Source: Styela clava
Taxonomy: Eukaryota
Length of the DNA stretch: 64,000 nt
NCBI RefSeq assembly: GCF_964204865.1
Contig: NC_135252.1
Span: 16,988,001-17,052,000, forward strand
Direction: 5' to 3'
Positions within the stretch are counted from its first letter, which is position 1; each line of letters starts with the position of its first letter. Below the pieces are notes generated by a model. The model saw nothing but the letters and a program-made list of their open reading frames with translations. It did no database searches and was not told where the DNA came from. Below are positions 1 through 12,600 of the stretch, one piece after another. Both the position numbers and the translations under genes were made by a program.

Positions 1-54
1 TGACGAAACAACACCATATATATATATGCAATTTTTTGATTACCTTTCAGCAAA

Positions 55-125
55 GGCGACGCGGGCCACAGATAGTGACGCTGCGGGCCACATGTGGCCC
101 GCGGGCCTGGGTTTGGACCACCCTG
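55..125. mobile_element. Right end of a hAT-like MITE
   Basis: gcgggccac subterminal repeats ending gtttggaccaccctg; related fragments at about 8561-8625, 17470-17503 and 44801-44878. Confidence 0.55.
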
Positions 126-1145
126 AGGTAGACAGATGCTTGTTGCACTTCGCGGATTAGGAATGATGCTGTGGCGCTATAGATTTTATTGTTGATATTT
201 TCAAGTTAGTCTTATGCCATACATTACTAAATGATTCTCAGGTGGGAATTTTATAATTAGTATGGTATTGGGTTTGTCTATTTATTGGCCGGATAGATTC
301 AGATAACAGTAAGCTACTTTGTATCGTTTATTGATCATTGTCTTATTTTGTATCTTAGCGTACTTGTGGTTGTTCTTTGAATCCTCGTCAAAAACAGTTA
401 ATTTGTCACTAACATTGAGACTGTGCGATAACACCGCTAAAAGTTAACACTGACATCAACACCAGTTGTGTTTAAGCCTGCATTTGATATTTGCAGTACT
501 ATAAGTTGTTAGTGCATGGATTGCAGACATTCATTTGGGGTCCTAAAACGCGGGACATGATTTCAGTTACGCCCCGTGACTCGGAGCCATAGTGGAAGAA
601 GTTACCCTACGCGTAATTTGCTGTATTTCCTAATTATAATAAATATAACATTATGAGCATGTAACCGCCAACTGGAAATACATACCACTCTATTAATTTC
701 TCAATTTTGAGTAATACTACTGGTGTCAACGGGGAAGCTTCTTTCACAAAACGATTTGGTGGTGGTTTTACTACTACTTATTCTTATCAAGAAAGATTTT
801 AATGAAGCGTTCGAACTAACATATTGCATTAACAGTTAGTATAGTAGATTGTTGGGAGAGACTTGGGAATGTGTTTTCAATTTCCGAAGCGTATAAATTG
901 ACTCATGCGGGACCGAAATAATGCAAGTTCTCTGACAGGATTAACATTATGATATATTTTAAAATAATTTACATTTTGAAATGATTATTTTTTCATTCAC
1001 GAATTGGTAATTTAAATGCTTTTTAGGTCGTTTAAAGAAACTTCATGGCCGTAAGAAGTTTTGACAGTATACGTAAACATGAAAAACGTCAAATGACAAC
1101 TCTTGATCCCGAATTATTTTGTACGAGGATGACGACGATCCACAT

Positions 1146-4100
1146 TTATCTATTGACTTTAGTAAAAAATGGATGAAGTAATGCTTCTTTTGGCGTGATT
1201 CTGATATCAGCATCCCACCTGAATGAACGGATAGAAATCTATCAAATGTAAAGGATTATGAAGGAACATATTTAACATCATGAAAGCGCACTTCGGTTTA
1301 AACTTGGTATACTAATAGAGTTGCACTTAGATATTTATTTTCATCTTCCACGGTGAAATGGTAAAATACTTACTCCAAACATTCTGAAATTAAATCGAAC
1401 AGCAGAGGATCAATATCTCTCAAAACATAATCAAGCGGTCTCTTTCCGGGTATGCGACGGAACCATGTCCTGGTTGCATAGGAGATTGCTCCTGCCAACA
1501 TAAGGCATTGCATTAAAACTGCTAATTTGTGTTGTGTCTGTAGAGATGATATACATTTCAAAAGATATCAACAAGATGTAAAATAGGAACTGTGCTTTGA
1601 TAAACAGCGAAATTGAACGTCTACGTTAATTTGTTGTCAGATGGTGCGTGGCAATAATTTTTACAAGTCAGCAATGTTAAATTGTCAGATCTTACCACAA
1701 GCAATTTTAACCAGATTGGTAGCCAGAGCTGGTTAATCTGAAACCCCCTTGTCGGTTTGAAGTTTGTGACTGATCAATTAGAATAGACTGGTCACAGCTT
1801 TCTGAGCTGATTTGTATTACTCGGAAATTTGCTGATCTAGCTGTAATGTTGGATATCTAGTTCTATGTCGTACAACAATTTGAAAACTATATGTTCATTC
1901 ACCATTCACAACTGAGGTAAAAATACAAATAATCAAACGCTACATACTTGCATATATTTCTTTTGCTTGTGAAATGATATATGCGGGCGGAAGACCAATA
2001 ACTTCCATCATTGCTGCAAACTGATCCACCTCGTCTCTACCAATAAATAATGGAGTGCCAAGAAAAAGTTGAGCCATTATCACGCCTAAACTGAACATGT
2101 CGGATTGTGATGATACAGGTAAGTTTAATAAGCTCTCCGGTGATCTGCAATACAATGGTTGGAAAACGACTCCTTCCGGACAGCGGTAGTGGAAATCTGG
2201 AATTCAATACAATTCAAATCATCAAATGCTGTTCTCATATCTTTGTTTATATAAATCTTAATGGAGGATGCATTGGGGGTTTAGTTCGGTGGAGACGCCC
2301 GGTAGAAAACTTTTGACAGTTATAATCTATGGCGTTTGTCTTACATATATATATTTTTTTATATATAATTTTTCTACCGAGCCGTAAGTGTTGTTTTGGA
2401 TACTACACGAGGTTGAAAAGCACAAAAAGTAGAATAACGCAAAGTCTTAACAAATGAAGTGATGATCAAAACGATACGATCAAAAAAGAATATTTCTTAC
2501 CTTCCGCATGGGGAACACAACTCAGGTCAAAATCTCCAACTTTTAGTAGTTGGCCTTCACTCTGATCATTTTTTTCATAAAGAAACATTATATTTTGCTG
2601 TAAACAAACGACAGTCAAGTTGGGAAAGCATTTGTATAGAACGAATAGTGAAGTATAGTAAAAAATGGAAAATAACATTTGTAATCTTGTTTAAAATTTG
2701 AATCATCAATCTTGAAATTTATTTCTAAAATTTTTATTAATAAAATATTTCGACAGCCCAAAAAAGTTTCATTTGACTATTTATTGATTATATTATCTTT
2801 CAAATAAGCAATATATTTAAGTTACCAGTTTTAAATCTGAGTGGAAAATGTTGAGTTCACTCAAGTAATACATTGCGTGCATGATGTCGCTTGAAAAACG
2901 TCGTAATAAATCTAGACTTTCTACCGGACGATTGGAATAAATATCATGTAGTGAATCTCTAAACGGATAATAATTCATCTAGATTATGAAATTTATTTCG
3001 ATTTCTGCCATAAAAAGTCGCGAACAAACAAGAGTGAAAATCCGGAAAAAGGGAGGGAACAAAGTAAAATTTGAAAAGTAAAAAGCACTTTCTCTGTCAT
3101 CGACACAAAAACGATAACACACCACATGGATGAATATTTACAAAATCCACGAATTAATTAAGCCCTTCAATTTCTATACGTTTCAAGGAAATATTTTCAA
3201 ATGATTTTATACTCCTCTGAAAAATTAGGCAGTAACAATATATATATAGAGAAATTTCACATTACCCCAATAATTCTTGAACGATACAATAATGATTTCG
3301 GAAATAAATTGTATCAAACATCCGTGAAAAATAATTTTTGTTGGTTGCGTTCGACCCTATATATTTCATTATACCCAGTTCTCTCATGTAAAGATCTTTA
3401 CCCCTGTAAAACAAGGCGAATCCATTGAATGGAATCCTGGAGTACACTGGACTAATATCGCAGAATAGACGTAGCATGTGTCCACTACCTTGGTCAGGTG
3501 GTAGCGATTTAGAACTGCTATCATTGATTATATCGAATATACTCATCATATTACTCTTCCAAGTATTTTGGAATTGGAAAGATGAAGCCAATTCACACTT
3601 AGATAATTCTCGATTTTAATTGCATGCGGGCAAAGAATTTAACAATAGAATCTAGTTCTTTGATGCACCCAAGAACCGTCTTAAGACAAATTCTGATTCA
3701 TGAACGACCTGAAAAGAGTCGTTTTCACGAACTTGAGGAATTGCTTTATACAATTGCTGCAAACTAGTAGAATTTATTATAAATGAATACGGTATATCAA
3801 TTCGTTAGGCCATACGCGTCAGCGCTACATTTTGTCATTAGTTGCCAATTGGGGTATTGATTTTTAGTTTGACTTAAGGCCGGCTGCTATAAAAAAAAAT
3901 TCATTATCGAAATATTAAAACTTTTTCCTTACAATTGATGACTCATCGGGCTACGCGAACCACTACCTATGTTGTTCTCTTTTCCTGATATAAGAGAGCA
4001 AAGGGCAACATATACAAATTTAATTCTTGCTAGCGGACAATAAATCTACATGGGTGGTCGGTCACAGGTTAGTGCGTCTGACAATAAAAAATTGTATCGA

Positions 4101-5812
4101 ATATACCCAATTTCTTCAATACCACAATGTTTTGTCATGTTTTATGCGTAGCATTATACCTTGTAAAACACACCATATGTTTGTAAAAAAAATTAACCAT
4201 TACCGTGCTGTTGTATTGACCAATATTTTAATCGCAAGCAATTCATTATTTGAATGATCCAATACTTTCACGGTTGTACCTCCGTTGCCCATTCCAAGAT
4301 TCTTTAATATTTGATAACGATATGCGATGTGATCGTTCAAAACCTATTGAAAAGAATGGATCATAGCATTGAAACTGCATCTCTTATTCAAAATAATGAT
4401 ATATATTATTGCACAATCAATCACATATTTTCTGAGTATAGCATAAGTAACTATGATATAGATCTAACCACTTTATATTGTCCTTTATATCTTCCTGACT
4501 CAATATCAAATCCGTAATTGTTATCAGCCTCTTGGTGAACTTCTGTTTTGTTTGCACCTTCTCCTACGTACCAAATCTTTTCATATTTCATGATTTCTTT
4601 TTTCTCCCATGGAGTTAGTTCATCTCCAAATATTAGTAGTGCATCTAGCTCAGAGTAATAATTGAAAAAAATGTGGAAAGTCGCTCAAAATTTTTACATG
4701 CATATAGATACAATGGATAGAAGATATTAGCTGCACTAATGGTTTACGTTTATCAATTTTTCCCAAATTTTGAAATGTCTTATTTATCAAATACTTTTTA
4801 CAATGTGAAAAATAAAAAGTTGCAACGACAACTCTTTTATGTCGACCATATTACTCATATTGTGATCATTGAAATAAAACATAAAATTCGCAATAGTTTA
4901 ATTATAAATTTCTTACTAACCTTCTGGGGTAAGGGGAAATGTTTGCGATCGATTTGAATGAATAATCTCATCGTCAACTTCCATGCCTTTCTGATCTGTA
5001 AATATTTTTATATACTTAAATAAACTTCAAGCCTATATCTTTGTTTCGGTTGGTTGACATTTAATTGAAATCAGAAATATATACATATATAACGTAGGCA
5101 AGTTTGATAGTAAACGATACCGAAATGAGGAATTGTTCTCATTTTTGTAACATTGATCATAATCTGGAATTTGAAATTTGAAAACGATTGGTCTATTAGT
5201 AGCAAAGAAAAAGATTTGCAACAATAACAGCAACAATAACAATAACAACAATAACAATAACAATAACAGCAACAACATCAATTTAGAAAAACGCTACAAA
5301 GGTCCACCTTCTGTTCAATAAAAATTACCAATGGTCTTGTTTCGCTCTTCATCATTATCCAAAAAGTTGTTTTCCGACTTATCCTCGAAAAATGAGTCAG
5401 TGGCTGCAAAATGCGGATTATTCTCAATGCCTGGAATGTTCAATTGGCGATTGGGGCTTTTGACAACGATGACGTCATAATCTCCCTGTCTAAATTTGTA
5501 TTGTTTGTCAAATTTGGTTTTAACTTTTCTGTCACAAAACTTGTCACTTATCTGAGTATATTCTTCTACATCTAATCTCACTTTTCCAAGGTCAAGATTC
5601 TCATCCGAACTCAAAATTTCGTTTTGTGTTGTTTTTTGCATACCCGCCATCCAAAAGTGTCCAACTTGATTTAAAAATGCATTTTTTGTTTCAGTACAAA
5701 TAGATTCTTCACCGTTTGTTGTTTCATACATTGTAAAATAACTCGCAATGGAGACGAAAATACAAAACATCAGAGCATAGCGGATTTTTGTTTTCACATG
5801 CCAACAATACAT
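1146..5812 (-). CDS. Signal-anchored class II DYRK-like protein kinase, paralog 1 (DFD variant), about 560-584 aa
   Basis: Phase-compatible GT-AG exons: 5812-5329 (MYCWHVKTKIRYALMFCIFVSIASYFTMY + stem), optional 5192-5121, 4995-4921 (..FPLTPE), 4644-4469 (DALLIFGDELTPWEKKEIMKYEKIWYVGEGANKT..NNYGFD..GQYKV; NAPA/DH-like), 4343-4204 (DHIAYRYQILKNLGMGNGG..LAIK), 3403-3266 (MREL..FRNHYCIVQELLG), 2958-2826 (HSDLKL), 2597-2501 (QNIM..KVGDFDLSCVP), 2196-1948 (..RCPEGVVFQPLYCRSPE..DMFSLG), 1491-1374 (DPLLFDLISECLE), 1218-1146 (WDADIRITPKEALLHPFFTKVNR*). Motifs match the DYRK2-type pattern DHxAYRYE / FRNHxC / DFGxSC / CLEWDP. Confidence 0.88.
5218..5280 (+). repeat. (AAC/AAT)n trinucleotide microsatellite in first intron of paralog 1
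   Basis: gcaacaataacagcaacaataacaataacaac.. tract; it produces the spurious poly-Leu ORF 5033-5281. Confidence 0.85.
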
Positions 5813-6020
5813 GATTACAGATTGGTTGTTTGTAATATTGTGTTATCGTAGCTTCATAATATTTCCAATAATATTTGTCTTGCATATTCATCATATTATA
5901 TCATATTCATATTCATTTTATAAATCCAGCACTTGAAACTCACTGCAAAAATAAACCAACGAGATTTTACTGGAACTAAAGAAGGCAGAGTGCATTTGGG
6001 TGTATAATGAAGGATATATT

Positions 6021-6869
6021 TCGTCAGGCTAATAACCGAATTGCGTAAGTCATATTTGGCGGTGTTGAGTTTTATTTATATAATAGGTATTTACGTAATG
6101 CTGCGCACCTGTCTGTTGACTCAGATTTTATTTTAAGAATTTCAAAACCCAAAAAGAATTCCAAAAACATAAAATTGAGATTTTGTATGACATGCAAATT
6201 TGTTGTTTTGTTTCGTCATAATGAATTATCATTGTCAACGTAGAACTATTGTGACGTCACGAAGCCAAAATAACCTCGGCGAAGGATTTTCGAGTTCGAG
6301 TTTTTGCATCTCAGATTCTAGTTTAATGCTTGTAAATTTGAATTTATACTACAGTATAGGAAGGCGTGTACTTGTGATATTCACTGTCTGAGTCCAATTC
6401 ATGTTGGTTGAATACTATATAAGGGTACATTGCTGTTTTATTCTTTATATTTAATCTTAATCTTTTTTCGGTGGATGTGCAGAGCGTGTTATAGTGATGA
6501 AATATATATTTTTAAACATAAAAAATAATGTAATTAAAATAGATTAGCTATTTTGGGGATTAGACATCGTAGATACTAAGAATTACATTCGTTTTTGGAT
6601 TGTTTGGTTTTCAGGACTGGTGCATATTGTCAAGTTGCAAAAATGCGTATGTCCCCAAGTCATAGACACATTTCTGCCTAAGTCACAGTGCGCCATCATG
6701 ACGTCATATGACTGCGTCATACAAATTAACTTAAATCCGGCTACGATCAAAAATTTGAACTATGGCAAATTACTGACTCTCATGGCATAGCAATATCATT
6801 AGGAAGTTTTTTACGTTTTTCTCAAAACTGCTGAAAATGACTTACGCAATTCGGTTATGAGCGTGACGA
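6021..6869. mobile_element. MITE with about 33-bp terminal inverted repeats, about 210 bp upstream of paralog 1 start codon
   Basis: tcgtcaggctaataaccgaattgcgtaagtcat (6021-6053) versus atgacttacgcaattcggttatgagcgtgacga (6837-6869); no coding capacity; superfamily not assigned. Confidence 0.7.
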
Positions 6870-7180
6870 TTTCATATACGAAAATAAATATTATCGTCTA
6901 TCCTCACTGTTTAAATTTCTTTCTTCTTCTACTTAGCTATTTGTCAAAATATTAAAGCATAATTTTTCATCGTTCGAAGAATAATATCTAAAAAATATTG
7001 AATTAAACTTCATGAAAAAAGCTAAACTTGATGTTTGATTCCACTACAATTTGCCGTCAGTCGACGATACGATATGAATATCACTGTTTAAACATTTCGT
7101 TTCATGTGAAATGAATTTCCTGCTGGATGACATTGTGGTTTGCAAAGAAGCACCACTTAACACTACTTTTGTCAACCAGT

Positions 7181-7454
7181 AAAGCCAATTGGACGCGACA
7201 AGTCGCCAATAAATCGCAAATATTGATCGCGAAACGAAACCGTTACAATCTAGCTATTATAGTGCAACGACCATTTTTGTAGAGTCATAAATGTTCTTGA
7301 GTCTCGCACTATATAGTGCCAACTGCCAATCATCCACCTTATCGTCGCCTTATCGTCATTAAAATAGGTTTTGTACTAATACGTTTTGTATTCTAAAGAA
7401 CCTGTGTGAAATATTCGCGAATATATCGGCGACTTGTGGCGTCCAATAGGCTTT
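7181..7454. mobile_element. MITE (possibly PIF/Harbinger-like)
   Basis: TIRs aaagccaattggacgcgacaagtcgcc / ggcgacttgtggcgtccaataggcttt. Confidence 0.65.
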
Positions 7455-9655
7455 TCTAAAACACAAGCTTTGTCTCCAGAAGGTAGGAAGGAATTTTATA
7501 AACTATTGCAAGTTTTATGTTTTAGTCCAATGACATCAATATAAACAATGAGCATACTGCTTTTGTATAGTAAAAGCAGTTGTTGATATTGAAAACCTAA
7601 ACTCAAAATATCCAAAAAAAATTATACATATAGTCCAACATATTAAAAGTTATTTATTAAAATCGATATAATAGACTCTTGATTTTAGGGAAATTTTGAA
7701 ATATCTCCGATTTCAAGACCTAAATTTGGCATCAGCCATGCAGGGCAAAGCGTAGGTTCATCAAATGCAAATGAAATGGGAAAACAATTATCCTAATATT
7801 TGGGATATTTTAAATATCATCAGAGCAAAGATATACATAATATTGTAATTTTACAAAAAAAAGTTATTTCCAGATTAGAATATAATATTTGAGAATATCC
7901 GTTCGGGGCGTATACTGAATAGTTAAGGATTCGATTTTGTCCATACTGCTGAAATAGGAAACTTAATTTCAAAATTACACTACATTGAAGAAGCATCGCC
8001 ATTTAGTTGGATCAATTCAAAGTTAGGTGCTATCTTCCTATAACAGTTGGGTGTGATGGAGCTAAATTGAAGATCTTTATTCAAATAAAACAATAAAGTC
8101 AGTCATTGCAAAAGTTTTCAACTCCTCGGATATTTTATGCCCTTCCCAGTTTCCAACTTCAATAAAAATCTCATGAAGATAACCCACCTACAGTTACTGT
8201 GATATACTTTCCATCTGTAAAAAATTTGAGTGTGCTTCCACGAACTCCGCTATCTACTTACTATATTGCAGGGTGATTGTAGTGTTCATGGTCCGATGGT
8301 CATGAATTGCATGATTGATTTAGTCCTGCGCGATATAAATGCGCAAGGATACATGCCAAGGGGAGCAGAAGAACATTGACGGCGTGGCTGGTGCTGGTTC
8401 TATTGTATGGTGTTATTCGCTGTTTATTAAGTTGTATCAGTTACTTTTGTGCATACTGAATTGTAGCAGTAAAAGCCTCCTATTTTGTGTGCAAATATCG
8501 TGTGTTGCCTTGGGGAAAGCTTAGCAAGATAAAGAACATTGAAGATAGTGGCGAGACACTACAGTGATCCAAGGTTGCCGGCTCCGCGGGCCACAAAATT
8601 ATTTTTGCATTGTTCGCGGGCCACAATAGTGCCAAGAATAGGTAAACGGTGCAATACAAAAACACTTTTATTGTGCAATCATACATAGCCATCTCAGGCT
8701 ATCAGAATCTGCATTTTATTTTTAGTTTTCTATAATGCCTATATTGTAAGCTTATATTCCCTACCAAAAAGATAGGAAGCCAGATAATAATAAGACTACC
8801 AAGCACATCATTCAACTTCGCTGGTTGTCTTAGCTAGCCGTAACACTAGTCAATTTAGGGACATTAGTGATGTTTTTGTCCAACTGCACTGCATACCGTT
8901 ACAAGACATGAGCCGTAATAGCTACTGTATACATTGTACATACAAAATGCCAAACAGCACAATGACAGGCCACTGATATTGTTAACCACACGGTACTGCT
9001 GTGCTGTTAGGCAATTTCTCTTGCTTATTAAATATATATATTCATTTTTGCAGACTTTCATCATCATCCTCATCTCCTTCGCAATTACATCGACGTACCC
9101 ATATGCGGAGCACTTGTTACTAACATAGACGAAAAACAGGCATAACCAGATGTAACACAAAGGAAGTGTGGAAGCATAAATGCCAAGATGGAAGCGATAA
9201 AATGATCCCGCGCTGTGACAACGCGATATTTCGAGTTCAGTGAGTGAGGCGTGTGACTGTTTCGGTGTTCAGACTTGTCAGTTGCTTGTTGCGCATATTG
9301 AAAACTTTTATTTGGGGGCTAAAAGAACACGGCCACACCAATGCCCAGTATCTCAGAGCCGTGGCAAAAAATCTTATTTTGTTATAAACTTCAATGTGGG
9401 ATAAATTATTTGAATAACAAAAATTAAACTTAAGAAAACGAATTTTCTCTATTCACATGGATACCATAGAATCCATAGAAAGTGTATGACAAATGTGTAT
9501 TTGATATATATATATAGACTTGTTCCGTTCTCTGAAATTCGCCCAAGCTGATTGGTGGTTGAACTCAAACCTGATTAAAAGATAACCCAAAATTCTTGAC
9601 TTTATTAAGTTACTTTATTATAAACAACAAGATCCAATACCAAAATGCATATCCA

Positions 9656-12600
9656 TTAATTTATTGTTAAGTATGGATGACGTAAAGCTTCTTCTGCAGT
9701 AATTCTCACTTTTGGATCCCACCTAGGACAAGAAAAGAAAGCGACTTGAAGAATAACTGGTACTCCTGAAGTATGTGCATCAAGATGTCGCACAACCTGA
9801 ACCTTAACCTGGTACATAACCTGATTCTTAACCTGGTACACAACCTGAGTTCAGGTTGTGCGCCATTTTGGTTCGCATACTTCAGGAGGTCCGAATAACG
9901 AATACAATTTTTTTTCAGGTAGTTCAAGAGAAAAGAGATTTTATATATTAACAGAAATAAAAGTGAAATACCATCAACAGCATATAATACCAAAACGATA
10001 CTAGAGTCACCTTGCGTCTAATAAAATACTCACTTAAGACACCGTGTTATTAAATCAATCAGCAGTGGGTTAAGTCCTTCCAGTAGTTCGTTTAGATTTC
10101 TGAGATAAGGATTCTGATGGAATCCGTTCAATATTGTAAAATCTAAAGCCGCTGTTGAATAAAAAGATAATTAGCTTGAAGTGAGGTGACTTATAATTTA
10201 TCTGTTGCTAATGACCCTTCGTAATATTATTTCGATAATGAACACATTGAATGACACAGGTGATGTCTGTTTACCCTTTGTATGAAGGCCAGCTATCGGA
10301 CCGAGTTTAATTTTTTGTCAAAAGTGTAGTTACTAGTAAGCAATATAAAATGGGAGGATTATTTTTTTTTTTTTTTTATGGCGGAGTTGGGTTAAGGCCA
10401 AATACCCGAGCTTGGTGAATAATGTAACTAATAAATAGGGGCATGCCAAACTTTTCCGCTGCCCAAAACTAGGTTATGATAATTAGGCCCATTATACCTA
10501 ATTTCAAATATAATTCGGGGAATAAACAAATTATAGATGTTGTCATACATGAGAATAAATAAATTAATGGTAAATTAAGACTGAAATGCTTGTATTATTA
10601 ATTAAACCATCGAACTAAGCAACAAACTCACGTGTATAAGAGCAAATTCATTTATATGTTGCCCGGGGCCGCTGCCCGCATCTACGGCCCTCCCTAACAA
10701 AGCTCAAAAACAGTTTTCAGAAACGGACGCTCACCAGCGAAAACCTCTCTTCTTTGCGAAATATCAATTAGATGTGCAGGTGGAAATCCAAGCACTTGCA
10801 TCATCGCGGCCAGTTGTGCAACCTCGTTGTTTCCCATGAAAGGTGGAAAGCCAATGATGAACTCAACTAGTAGTACACCAACGCTGAATATGTCGCATTT
10901 GGTAGTTACAGGCAAACATAAAATACTTTCTGGAGATCGATAGAATCTTGGTTGGAGATAGTAATCCCCACATTTGTGATCTGTGAATAGACAATGAGTA
11001 TAGAAACAATGACAAACATTTTGTTTAATAGGACTTGATGTTACGTCCTGAAATAGTGTATCTAATTTTAACTAATTAGATTCAGTGACGATACAAATGA
11101 AAATTTATAGCAAAATAATTATTCCTGCATAAGATTTTCGTTTAAAAAACATTTAACATGAGCTACAACTTGTGAACATCAAATTATACTATATTACCGT
11201 ATATATATTTAAGTATTTATTTGCAATTAAATTATGTATTCGATTGTCCTATCAAAATGTAAGTGTTAGGAAATTATCATTTCTGGATTAACCGCATTTT
11301 TAAAAATAACTTTTACAATTATCAGTTTTTTTTTATTTTTACACAAACCAAAGGGATTAAAATACCAATTTGACCATTAAACGTAAATAACTTGGTTTTA
11401 GCATTTTAATCACTATAACAAAAAGCAAGTAGTAATTGCCGTAACGTGGAAATTACCGTACATAATACAATTACTTTACTACTAAACCATCCCAAAAACT
11501 GACCTATTTCTTTACCAAATGCCAGCGCATTTTTTAGAGCTGCTCGTAGGCACACATAAAATAGGGCCTTATATCCAGCGAATTACATGAGACCCGATAT
11601 GGGTACAGGTAGAGGATAATAACAAGAGCCAGAATTTTGAAATATAAAATAAATTCGTCCTTACATTTTAGTTCAAGTACAAACCCACGATTAAAGTAGC
11701 ATTGCGTACACGCAGGAGTAACGCGGAACTATGGAAGTTTGGGACCCTCTGTGGCCACATAGGCCTCTGTAGTAGGCTAAAACCAGCCATGTTGAAAGGT
11801 TTCCCAGCTTTTGATGTACACTGTTCAGTTTATTACCTGTGGAACCGGGAATACAACTCATTCCAAAGTCAACAAGTTTTAAAAGTTGCCCTTCGCTTTG
11901 ATTAGTTTTACCGCGAATATACATGATGTTTTCCTGAAATGAAAAATATGTATTATTATTTTCGGTGCTCCCGAAGTATGCGAACCAAGATGGCGGACAT
12001 CGGAACGTAACATGGGTAACAGGTTAGGGTTAAGCGATATTTTTTTCCAATTTTCCTTATTTTAGTCCCATTATCAGTTCGAAGACTAGCCAAGAGCCTC
12101 CCGTAGTATTTATACCTAACGGCTAACATTATGGCCTAACCCTAACCTAGTACACATATTACATTCCGATGTCCGCCATCTTGGTTCGCATACTTCGGGA
12201 TCCCCTTATTTTCTATATAAGGGCGCAATACCAGGCAAAGTATAATTCAATCCCCTCTTTAATGCTCCTTTTTAAGCCCAATTGAGATCAATATTTACCG
12301 GTTTGACATCTGAATGTAGAATATTGAGGTTGTGTAGGTAGTATAACCCGTGAAAAGTATCATTCGTATATCGACGCATTACATCAGCATCCTCGATAGC
12401 ACCAAGACCAATTGAAGGCCTGTGAAAATTTGACGTGGTTAGAATTTTCCCAAATAGCCTACTCGCGTTTACTCTTAGTTTGAGTAGTTTAAATGTGTGC
12501 ATAAATAAGTATTATTGTAGTAATAAAGGACTAAAGAATACAAAACACAAAGCAATATTCCTTCCCGAGCATGACAAAATTCTTTCGTCGAGTGGAATTC

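Noticed and set aside
3410-3710. Extra exon(s) in paralog 1 suggested by the ORF 3262-3591 extension and an acceptor at 3708
   Set aside because: The in-phase reading from 3708 hits a stop; the 138-nt exon 3403-3266 matches the exon size in all other paralogs.
5033-5281. Poly-Leu ORF resembling a signal peptide
   Set aside because: It is the antisense reading of an intronic (AAC/AAT)n microsatellite with a TTG start; the real first exon is 5812-5329.
9790-9850. Short direct repeats resembling a CRISPR-like array
   Set aside because: Internal repeats of MITE family A in a eukaryotic intron; no unique spacers or cas genes.
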